Assembly (NCBI RefSeq): GCF_037042905.1
Contig: NC_087250.1
Coordinates: 5,892,001-5,956,000 of the forward strand
Direction of reading: 5' to 3'
DNA length: 64,000 nt
From: Lytechinus pictus
Taxonomy: Eukaryota
A model generated the notes under the pieces. The model was not told the origin of the DNA. It ran no database searches and was given only the letters and a program-made list of their open reading frames with translations. This document shows positions 37,101 to 45,823 of this stretch, in pieces (position 1 is the first letter of the stretch; each line of letters begins with the position of its first letter). Both the position numbers and the translations under genes were made by a program.

Positions 37101-40100
37101 TTACATACAAAATAGTTTGACACCTGAATGAAACGTAATTAAAACTTTGAATTACTCATACTTATTGCTAACTGCTGGCATTTTGGTAAGAAATTAACTG
37201 TTCACACTCTGACCAAGAGAATCAAATACGTACTACCCCAAATGAAACGTTAAATTGCTTATACTTACTGCTAACGGTTGGTGGTTTGGGTGAGAACGTG
37301 ACCTGTTTCATCGGCTTGGATTGTGACCAGGGAGAAGGGACGACTACTTTCTGTGAGAAGAACTGAAGAATAGGAAGAAAATATTATTAAAGGAATGGTT
37401 ACTGTGATCAGCAAAAACTCTATGGCGCGTATTCTGAAGTCAGGTTTAACTTAGACCATGATCTAAAGGCCACCGCACACCTTACGACTGTTCGCGATCC
37501 GATTTTTGGAACATATCGCATTTTGCTCATTTTCTGAAAATGTGATGGAACATATCATTTTATTTGAGGTTAAAATTAATTGAAAGAATACTAATACAAC
37601 AATTTTGAAAGATTGCAAGCCTTTTTTTTTTAGTAAAGGCCAAATTAGTTTCAAATCATAGCCAATCGTACGACTGCTATGACGTCACTATGACTAGATA
37701 TTAAATTCGCTTTTATTCTCATAAGGATGAGAGCATAGTCACAGATATGAACATAGGTATTCGTATGATAATTTAGAACATTACACATTAAGATATTCCA
37801 AGTCTCGATATTAGCATCAAATTCTATCACATTTTATTCTGAAATCGGGTCGCAGACCAATCATAAGGTGTGCAGTCGCCTCACCTCTGCTAAAATTAGG
37901 GGAAGCCAAAAGTGTCAAAATTGTCATTAAGTTGTATGTTTCTGATGTTTACTACAGGTGCTCTTTCCTGATTCACCAATGGTGCAGACAATAGTCTATT
38001 TATACTTCCTACACAATTATGAATGATTTGAGAGCCAAATGAGGTGAAATATCATCTCTACTGTTAGTGATTTATGAAACAATTGGCTATCCATACTTGA
38101 ACCACAACTTTAAACCTGAGTTTAAGTTAAACCCGACTTCAGAATACGGGCCTATCAATTCAGTTCAATGTGAAAACAGAAATCTTATGTCAGAAAAAAT
38201 AGGGGAAAGTTCTATTATATAAAGTGGATTTTCTAAAGGAGATAGTCATGTCAACTCAACCCTAAAGTCTAATTACCTGCAAAATAATGACAATGCATTG
38301 AAGATAATTTTTTTTCATAGAGTCCTGGGGGCCGTTCCATAAAGCTGTTCGTAAGTTAAAAGCAACTTTAAGAACGACTGATGATCCTTTCTTACGCGCT
38401 AAATCATCGCCAATTAATATACCATTTGCCACTAGAAAGGATCACCAGTCGTTCGCTCTTAACTTACGAACAGCTTTATGAAACACCCACCTGGGACCTG
38501 TTTCATAAAGAGTTACAACTGGGTCCCGTCTTACAAAAATTGGCGATTGATCCGATCAATCATAGCTATGGACGGCCAGCAACATCAACATCTAAAATGC
38601 AAATTTGTTCTAAACATATTCTCGATATGATCATTCACTTGCAGATTCAGTGTGATTCTCTTTGTTTAATATAAGGAGATTGTGCAAATTTCCTGTAGAA
38701 AAATTATGGTACGGATGGATTTCCATAAAGTTGAGATTGATTGGATCAATTGTAACTCTTTGTAAGACGGGGACCCTGTTGTAACTTTGCCAATATGGCA
38801 ACTGTCATGGCAACAGGGCTCAGCAGCCAATCAAAATCAAGGTTATCATGGTAGTTGTCATAATGGCAATGTTACAACAGTTGTTACTCTTTATGAAACA
38901 GGCCCCTGATGATGGTAACTACAATTTGGTGACGTGGCTCAGCAGCCAATCAAAATCAAGGTTCCATGGTAGCTGCCATTACAATTGTGGCAAATTTATC
39001 CTGCAAATCTTTGACACATTATAATTATATAACGATTCTAGGACATCTACCCCCCGGACATCCACCTCCTTAGGACAAGTACCCCCTTAGGACAAGTACC
39101 CTCTATGACATCTACCCCCCAGACATTTACCCCCCGGACATCTACCCCCCGGACATCCACCCTCCGGACATCTACCCCCCGGACATCCACCCCCGGACAT
39201 CTATCCCCCGGACATCTACCCCGGACATCCACCCCATTAGGACAAGTACCCCCTAGGACAATTACCCTCTAGGACATCATCCCCCTGGACATCTACCCCG
39301 GACGGGGGGTAGATGTCCGGGGGGTGGATGTCCTAAGGGGGTGGATGTCCGGGGGGTAGATGTCCGAGGGGTGGATGTCCAGGGGGTAGATCTCCTGATA
39401 CGTTATATAACATCACTATGCACTTTCAAAGGAGTAAAGATACCCAATCTTATAGCACACAAGCATTATAAGTATTGAATCTTGCCAGGTAACCGTTTAC
39501 TACCCTGAGTTGAATGAAGCACAACGTGGACAAAGTTCCGGCTATAAAAGGAAATTAACGCCATGGGCGGAAATCAAACCCTGGGCCCCCTTTACAAAGA
39601 GTTACGATCGATCCAATCAATTGTAACTCTATGGAAATCCATCAGTGTCATAATCATTTATACAGGAAACTCGAAAATGTCCTGTGTAAAAAAAGGAGAA
39701 CACACCAAATTGTCAAGAAATCAATGCATTTATGGATACAAACATTCATATCTAGAATTAAAAAACAAACAAACATGCATTTTATATGTAGACTTTGCTG
39801 GCTTTCCATAGTTGTGATCGATCGGATCAATCGCAACTCTTTGTAAGATGGGCCCCATGACTATCTGATTGCAAGGTGAGGGTGAGAACCACAAAACCAG
39901 GGATGGCGACCCCGTATAAGAATCGCAGGGTTTTGAGGGATTACAAAAAGGGATTTGGGGTTGAAAAAGAGCAATTTAACCATTCGCCAACAGACATGTG
40001 TGGACACATAATACAAGTTTGAGAGTTGACAATATTTTTCATATCATTAAACCTGCAATACTTAAAAAGAAATAGAATACTGTGGAAATGGGGGAAAATG

Positions 40101-41486
40101 AAATCTCACCTGATTTATTGCTTGTTGGACCTGTTCCTCTTTCTCTTTTGGGATGAATGATGCATCCTGTTGCTGGGGTAACTCGTCTATATCAGCCGGG
40201 AAGAGCAGAGACATCTGATCGATGGACCACCGAAAGCCACTCTTCTGTTTAAAGCAGAAAAAACATTTGCCTAAATGAATACCAGGTATCATCATCATTT
40301 ATTATTATTAATACTTTAATAGGAATACATTCCTTCTAGGTTTTGATTTATATCACCTGGGTTGAGTGCAGCACAAAATGGATAAATTTCTTGCTGAAGG
40401 ATATTGACGCCTGGAGTAGGATTTAAAAACACAAGAGTGATGAGACGGGAGTCATAACCACTATATATTTCTGTATATACTCCTGTAGGAACTCGGCAGG
40501 ACAGCATTTTGCTGGTAAACACCAAGCTGGTATATAACCTATTACCTACAATGTAGGAAACATTTTACGTCTAGGTTAATCAGTCATAATGGCTGACCTT
40601 ATAGATAGCAGATATTACTCTCTGGCCTTTTTATTGAAGTGGAAACAATGGCAAAGTGGGGATTCAAACTCACCAACTTGCGATTATGAGTCCAATGCTC
40701 TAACCACTGGACCACGCGACCATACATCTGCGAAGGCCTTGACAAGGGTCACCATTGACAAGGGTCACAACACAATAACGTTTGAATTGATCGGCTGAAA
40801 GCACCCTTAGTTCGTACATGAATTTACCTTCTTGCTACCAGGTGTGTTCTGACTAGAGTTGAATTCACTTTCTTTTAAACTATTAAGCAGGGTCACATAA
40901 TAACATTTGTATTGATCGCCTGAAAGCACCCTTAATTCCTACACAAATTTACCTTTTTGCTACAGGGTGTGTTCTGACTAGACTTGAATTCACCTTCTTT
41001 TAAACTATTAAGCAGGGTCACATAATAACATTTGTATTGATCGCCTGAAAGCACCCTTAATTCCTACACAAATTTACCTTTTTGCTACAGGGTGTGTTCT
41101 AACTAGACTTGAATTCACCTTCCTTTAAACTATCAAGTAGGGTCACATAATAACGCTTGAATTCATCACCTGAAAGCACCCTTAATTCCTACATGAATTT
41201 ACCTTCTTGCTACAAGTACAGGGCGTGTCCTGACTAGACTTGAATTCACCTTCCTTTAAACTATTAAGTAGGGTCACATAATAACGCTTGAATTCATCAC
41301 CTGAAAGCATCCTTAATTCCTACATGAATTTACCTTCTTGCTACAGGGCGTGTCCTGACTAGACTTGAACACAGATGGGCTGAATGCAGGTAGATGCATG
41401 CTGTCCAGACTAGCAGTATCAAATGGATTCACAGTCAAGTTCGCTGATGATGTCATCGACAGATGCCCCTCTTCCTCCTCTGCCAT
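23381..41486 (-). CDS. BORA: Protein aurora borealis (Aurora A/Plk1 activator); join complement(41334..41486,40110..40244,37269..37362,36032..36115,35308..35364,29411..29649,28077..28221,26997..27566,23381..25143), 1079 aa
   Basis: Manual splicing gives GT-AG introns with compatible phases (0,0,1,1,1,0,1,1). Exon lengths 153+135+94+84+57+239+145+570+1763=3240 nt, with no internal stop seen. Bora-like motifs occur in the expected order: [67 protein letters not shown] and C-terminal DSGYNT. Confidence 0.95.
25225..25446 (-). mobile_element. tRNA-derived SINE
   Basis: Matches the body and head of 17581-17875. Confidence 0.75.
26997..27566 (-). CDS. BORA: Bora coding exon 8 ([19 protein letters not shown]...LMSNR)
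   Basis: Acceptor gtcccacag, donor G/GTAGGT; phase 1-1; lies in the frame of ORF 26887..27531. Confidence 0.82.
27580..27780. repeat. Purine-rich (GAAG/GAAA) low-complexity tract; pyrimidine-rich on the Bora strand before the exon 8 acceptor
   Basis: Direct reading. Confidence 0.85.
28077..28221 (-). CDS. BORA: Bora coding exon 7 (SQFSSSPI...APHSK)
   Basis: Acceptor tccaaacag, donor G/GTATGT; SSP polo-box docking-type motif. Confidence 0.9.
28820..29232. repeat. Degenerate (CAT/CAC)n microsatellite
   Basis: Direct reading. Confidence 0.92.
29411..29649 (-). CDS. BORA: Bora coding exon 6 (GKGRFMYTK...LRRKLF...PNSVE)
   Basis: Acceptor catatcgtag, donor GAG/GTGAGA; LRRKLF cyclin-docking (Cy/RxL) motif. 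Confidence 0.9.
29719..29877. mobile_element. Short palindromic MITE
   Basis: cag-gggcctgttttataa...ttatgaaacaggccc-cag; a related copy at 38492-38909. Confidence 0.75.
30282..32933. mobile_element. Harbinger-like MITE (TTA TSD) split by a 2.2-kb insertion
   Basis: Long TIR aggcgaccgcacaccttacgactggtctgcgacccgatttt; TTA on both sides; uninterrupted relative at 37467-37881. Confidence 0.88.
30562..32789. mobile_element. Non-autonomous DNA transposon, 15-bp TIR, 8-bp TSD (hAT- or P-like)
   Basis: TIR CAACCAAAAAATTAC / GTAATTTTTTGGTTG; TSD GTCACAAA; subterminal gccc(c/t)ggaaa repeats at both ends. Confidence 0.88.
33063..34370. repeat. ~350-bp tandem duplication; second copy carries a MITE
   Basis: 33063-33412 matches 33413-33510 joined to 34115-34370. 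Confidence 0.9.
33512..34114. mobile_element. Kolobok-like MITE, reverse orientation
   Basis: aggacaagtccac...tggacttgacct-TTAA; the empty site is present in the duplicate copy. Confidence 0.9.
34408..34680 (-). mobile_element. tRNA-derived SINE
   Basis: Matches 17581-17875; (AAT)n tail on the + strand. Confidence 0.8.
35308..35364 (-). CDS. BORA: Bora coding exon 5 ([19 protein letters not shown])
   Basis: Acceptor ctttctgtag, donor G/GTAAGT; resembles the Bora CQT-L-LP-F-LE block. Confidence 0.9.
35500..35713. repeat. (CATT/CATC)n tetranucleotide microsatellite
   Basis: Direct reading. Confidence 0.9.
36032..36115 (-). CDS. BORA: Bora coding exon 4 ([28 protein letters not shown])
   Basis: Acceptor ttttcttgcag, donor G/GTAAGA; 84 nt, phase 1-1, open frame. 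It has no strong motif and is frame-neutral, so it is less certain than the others. Confidence 0.75.
36202..36469. mobile_element. Harbinger-like MITE of the ~290-bp family
   Basis: gggccccgtcttacaaag ... gtaagacagggccc, with CTG flanks. Confidence 0.8.
36590..37340 (-). repeat. ~132-bp tandem array containing degenerate copies of the 3' part of Bora exon 3 plus its donor
   Basis: tactgctaac anchor at ~36616, 36759, 36891, 37023, 37163 (mutated) and the true site at 37266; tgaccaggg recurs in most units. Confidence 0.88.
37269..37362 (-). CDS. BORA: Bora coding exon 3 ([31 protein letters not shown])
   Basis: Acceptor cctattcttcag, donor A/GTAAGT; FF..VPSPW motif. Confidence 0.92.
37424..38152. 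mobile_element. MITE of the 15053 family containing a nested MITE (37467-37881)
   Basis: Outer TIR gtattctgaagtc / gacttcagaatac; the inner element matches the 30282 TIR family. Confidence 0.82.
38326..38909. mobile_element. Cluster of adjacent/nested palindromic MITEs (38326-38490; 38492-38909 hosting 38522-38775)
   Basis: Inverted ends cataaagctgttcgtaagttaa / ttaacttacgaacagctttatg; the nested insert is flanked by a CTG duplication. Confidence 0.8.
39041..39395. repeat. ~15-bp minisatellite (GGACATCTACCCCCC) that switches orientation at ~39300
   Basis: Direct units up to ~39303, then reverse-complement units (GGGGGTAGATGTCC). Confidence 0.9.
39583..39856. mobile_element. Harbinger-like MITE of the ~290-bp family, inserted in a SINE remnant
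   Basis: Matches 203-491; flanks resemble SINE body (39480-39582) and head (39857-39910). Confidence 0.75.
40110..40244 (-). CDS. BORA: Bora coding exon 2 ([26 protein letters not shown]...QQAINQ)
   Basis: Acceptor ttaaacag, donor CAG/GTGAGA; conserved FRWSIDQ motif. Confidence 0.93.
40758..41369 (-). repeat. 125-bp tandem array containing the last 36 nt of Bora exon 1 plus its splice donor
   Basis: Donor copies (aatttacc on +) at ~40826, 40951, 41076, 41201 and the true site at 41332; spacings 125, 125, 125 and 131. Confidence 0.92.
41334..41486 (-). CDS. BORA: Bora coding exon 1 ([10 protein letters not shown]...[32 protein letters not shown])
   Basis: Acceptor ctgcag (exon starts 41522, 36 nt of 5'UTR); ATG in CAGCATGG context; donor AAG/GTAAAT. 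Confidence 0.9.
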
Positions 41487-43169
41487 GCTGATGGCGGATC
41501 AATGAACAGGTCAGGAATGAATCTGCAGAGTAGGCCTACATGTATATAGACTTCAACCTAATTTTAAATTTCCATGCAAAAAGAGAAGCATGCGGATTGT
41601 TGTAACTTTAATACATGAATATGGGTCATTCCATGGGGTTGGGGCAATTTTTGTGACATACACATACCAAACTCCAAAACCGTGTCTTATGTTCATGTGT
41701 AAAGAGGGCAAATGTATGCGTAAAATTAGCAGCAAAAATAAATGGTGTCTCACAAAGTTTTACTTCTAAAGCATCATGATGTATTGCAGATTCACACCTG
41801 AGATTTTATTGCCAATATGATGTTCATGTAACGGAGGTAAAACTTTGTATTTGTTTTGCTGCAAATCCATTAAAGATCCCCAATTTCCAACTGAATTACT
41901 ATGATTGGACATCATCATTATTATGGACACATCAAAACTTAACCCCATTTGAACGGAACTTCTTTGTGAAATGAAAAAGCCGATAAGTACTACCGTTACA
42001 TGGTCATGATGAACACCACATGATTTTGTTGCCCCAACCCTATGGAATGAACCATAGTGCCATATGCACAATAAGTACAACCACAAACTCTAAAACGGGA
42101 ACCTAGTTCTAATCTTAAACCTATATTAAACAGATTCATTCAAAAATCTGAGTCGAAATGGCAAATTAATATTTGATTTTATTGCATAAAAGGGGAAGTC
42201 ACCCTGACAAAAAAGTCAATAAAAAAATAACAGAAAACGAATAATTAAAATTATTGGGGAAAATTTAGGGAAAAACATTCAAGAACTGGAAAGTTATTTG
42301 AATTTCATTATTTATATTTGTGATGTATGCAAACAGCCTCCCATTTATCATGAATAAAAAAAAAATCAATAAAAAAAATCACACTGCTATAAAGATACCT
42401 AACTAACGAGAAGGATGAAGGACTTGAACCGGAAGCACGACTGCTGGGATCATCAGCATTCTTCCAGAATCTCGGGTAAAGGTAAATTATGTTACTTTCT
42501 CAAAAAGCTGCAAATGGACCTAAAATTCAGTATATATCAACAGTCAAATCATTTCACACCTGCTCCCGAATGATTTTATTTAGTCATTTTATGTATGATA
42601 AAAAAATTGAAATGTAGGCCTATGCATTTTTATATCACATGATAGGGGCCTAACATATGGGGCACCTGCAATGACATCACAAATAAAAAAAACTTGAAAT
42701 TCTAAATCTAATAGTTCTTTCTATTCTAAATCTTCAACAGATTTTCTTCAAACTGGCTGAACACACAACTCTAGTTATGGCTTGATTTTTCTGTGCGCGG
42801 CGGCATAAATGTCTAATGGACCCTTGAGTGGGCCAGGCCAAGCGCTAGTCTGCACGTCTGTCTGGGCCTGATCTGATCAAGCCAGGCCGGCAAGCGCCAG
42901 GCGGCTAATCTGAGCTCCCCCGGCCGCGCCCCGTCGAACGAAGGCAGCCGGCGGAGATCGGAGGAGCCCCCGGCCGCCCCACCCAAGGCCAAGCTCTTTC
43001 CTTTTTTGTCAACAAATCAAACGACCGAGAAAATGCCCAACAAATATTAATAGAATGATTAGATTTGATGTGTTTATGATAAAGAAAGTATGAGCATACT
43101 ATACATAATCTCTATGCTCTCTCAAAACTACGCGTAAAGTCATCAAATAAAAGAAATTGAGTTATTTAC

Positions 43170-43230
43170 CTCAGATAGCCTAGCTCCTAGCTTGTTAGTT
43201 GAACTCTTCAATTTTTGAAAGCGGCGCCGA
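43170..43230 (-). other. BORA: Probable non-coding first exon of Bora (5' end approximate)
   Basis: Donor GAG/GTAAAT at 43169 in a CpG-rich region. Coding exon 1 has an acceptor upstream of its ATG, which implies an upstream exon. Confidence 0.55.
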
Positions 43231-43372
43231 TCGATTGCATGCATATGCCACCGGAATGGCAATAGAGGGCGCATGTAGCATAATATCGGAGACCGTCGAC
43301 CGCCAAAATCCAATCCGATTCCGAGAGACTGAGGAAAAATCAGCTGTAAAATTTGGCTTTTCAAAACCCGAA
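43200..43372. promoter_or_regulatory. Candidate bidirectional cell-cycle promoter (CHR-like, CCAAT, E2F-like motifs)
   Basis: TTTGAA at 43214-43219, TTCAAA at 43360-43365, CCAAT at 43310-43314 and CCGCCAAAA (rc TTTTGGCGG) at ~43300-43308. A GC/CpG-rich patch lies at 42795-43000. The region sits between two divergent first exons. Confidence 0.55.
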
Positions 43373-43427
43373 ATGGACGAGAAAACAGGATCTGCTTCCG
43401 TAGCATCTGCTAGAGAAGTGCTAGACA
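43373..43427 (+). CDS. MZT1: Probable first coding exon of mitotic-spindle organizing protein 1 (MDEKTGSASVASAREVLD + 1 nt); later exons not found in window
   Basis: ATG in GAAATGG context; strong donor A/GTGAGT in phase 1. AREVLD resembles MZT1 (A/V)RETMD, and the exon lies head-to-head with Bora. Only 18 codons are visible. Confidence 0.6.
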
Positions 43428-43604
43428 GTGAGTAAATTTAATCTAAATATGCTGTGACGCTATGAAAAGTTATTTTATTCGAGTGTAGCATTCACAGCTC
43501 TCAGCAGCAGACTTACCGTAACGCTCAATGATTTTCGGCCGGGTTTAGCGGCATCGGTATGCCAGGTTCAATCAATACATTCAGCTCGGCAGGGCGTAGA
43601 CCAA

Positions 43605-43915
43605 GGGCCGATTGCACGAAAGGGTCTTTCCAAGGACCGTCTTTCGTGTCGCCCATCTTTTATGGTGCGCTATAAGCGGGGTGTTTCTGAAATTTATGAT
43701 AAACAAATAAAATTCGTAAGCTTGCTTTTAAATCAAATTTTATACAATTTTATGAGATATCACATCATTTTATAAACAAATATTTTGTTTATTTTAACGG
43801 ACAAATAAAATATATTTGCAGATAATTTATTTGAAATGCGTTTTACATGGCGTATCATAAAAGATGGGCGACACGAAAGACGTTCCTTGGAAAGACCCTT
43901 TCGTGCAATCGGCCC
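43605..43915. mobile_element. Palindromic MITE with ~60-bp TIRs
   Basis: gggccgattgcacgaaagggtctttccaagga / tccttggaaagaccctttcgtgcaatcggccc. Confidence 0.85.
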
Positions 43916-44241
43916 CAGAAGCTTCGGTCTCTGTTATGTTCGTTCAGCTGAACTCCGTTGGCTTCACTCACCAAATACAGAGACCGAAGTTCTAGCGCGA
44001 TCTGTACAGGGGACTCAATGGCCATATGTTTATGTACTTAAGATCGGATAAAACGGGGAAGTGAATTTGCGCGACAGCCGAGGTAAGTCACTGTTTTTGT
44101 TCCTTTTAACTTGATTTTTCTCCGTTTTTTGGCGATTAATGCCAAGAGGGCATATTAATTTGCATTTTGGTCGCGTTAATTTTCAAAATTTCTATTCATT
44201 AAAGACAAAAATTGAAGAGCCCCGACGGGGGGATTTTGCAT

Positions 44242-44480
44242 TGCAAGTCCCCTAATGGTGGCTGCACGCTAGCGAGCCGTCTGTGTACGAGGAGAAATTA
44301 AAAAAAAAAAAAAGTTAAAAAACTCCTCGAAACAGACGGCTGCCAGCTGTCTAGGCAGGGCGGGGCCGTGGCTAGACAGCTGGCAGCTGTCTGTTTCGAG
44401 GAGTTTTTTTTTTTTTTTTTTAAATTTCTCCTCGTACACAGACGGCTCGCTATCGTGCAGCCACCATTAGGGGACTTACA
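44242..44480. mobile_element. Near-perfect ~240-bp hairpin MITE
   Basis: aagtcccctaatggtggctgcacg...cgtgcagccaccattaggggactt with a short central loop. Confidence 0.85.
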
Positions 44481-44720
44481 GTTACAACAGTAGAGGCGCA
44501 CGGCCAATATCATAATATGGGAGACTCTCTCCAATAGGGGAGACAATCTCCCACATTGGAGACTTGCTTTGCAAAACAAAGGACAAAAGAAACAACACCA
44601 ACAAAAGCATGATTTTTTCCACCCAAAATTTTGTCTCACTGAGGTCCGAAGCCCATTTGTTTTGTGTGTGATTGACAACAAAAATCCTTATCAAAACAAA
44701 AGTAGACGGTGAATATTTAA

Positions 44721-45633
44721 AGGGGAATCCAGCTTTGGCCATAAAATGTTGTGTTGGAAAGGAGAAAAATAAATTAAACAGAATGATGAAAGTTTGAAAG
44801 AAATCGGACAAGCAATAAGAAAGTTATAGCTGCTTTAAAATTGAGATCACTAATAGTATGTAGATTTCAAATTGGCAACTGGGAAAGTAAATTTTGACAA
44901 GGGGCAAGGACAACTTTCCCATAGGCATAGGCCATGTACTTTATTATCAGGGATTTGTGGTTTTCTCCTAAGTACCCATTCCCCTGGGGCAGTAATCTAA
45001 ATATAACCCAGGTAGTGTATTGTTTTATGTCCTCATGAAAGAAAAATATAATTTGAAATAAAACTTTTGGGAAAAATTACATTTTAGCCATAATATGTAT
45101 TGGAGTACATAGAAGAGTAGTCCTTGCCTTACATCACCATGACATCCCATATATGGCCAATTTGAAGTCTCCATGGGTAGGCCTATAGTGATTACCAATA
45201 TTTACAACTTTTAAAAATTCATAACTTTTTTGTTGTTTGTCCAATATTGTTATCAGGGATTTGTGGTTTTCTCCTAAGTACCCATTCCCCTGGGGCAGTA
45301 ATCTAAATATAACCCAGGTAGTATATTGTTTTATGTCCTCATGAAAGAAAAATATAATTTGAAATAAAACTTTTGGGAAAAATTACATTTTAGCCATAAT
45401 ATGTATTGGAGTACATAGAAGAGTAGTCCTTGCCTTACATCACCATGACATCCCATATACGGCCAATTTGAAGTCTCCATGGGTAGGCCTATAGTGATTA
45501 CCAATATTTACAACTTTTAAAAATTCATAACTTTTTTGTTGTTTGTCCAATATTGTTCAAACTTTCACCTATCAACTTGTCTGATTTTTCTCTTTCTTAT
45601 AAAAACAAGTTTTTATTTGGGTTGGATTCCCCT
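44721..45633. mobile_element. TTAA-flanked (Kolobok-like) MITE with an internal ~306-bp tandem duplication
   Basis: TTAA-aggggaatcca...tggattcccct-TTAA; empty site at ~49946; 44944-45250 is repeated at 45250-45556. Confidence 0.88.
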
Positions 45634-45823
45634 TTAAAGTAGATGGTGAAAAGGGGTAATTTTTCATAAGGAATCTGCTTGTCACATTTTTATTTGCCGC
45701 CAAGGTAATCCTTTTGCAGCAAATGTAAACAAAGGAAATTGGACTCCAAAACTGGAGACTGTCTCTGAAATTGGATACCCAAATTCTTTACAAAAGTCTT
45801 TGATATTGGAGATAATCTCCCAC

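Noticed and set aside
36590..41369. CRISPR-like arrays
   Set aside because: Whole units are repeated with no unique spacers, there are no cas genes, and the context is a eukaryotic intron.
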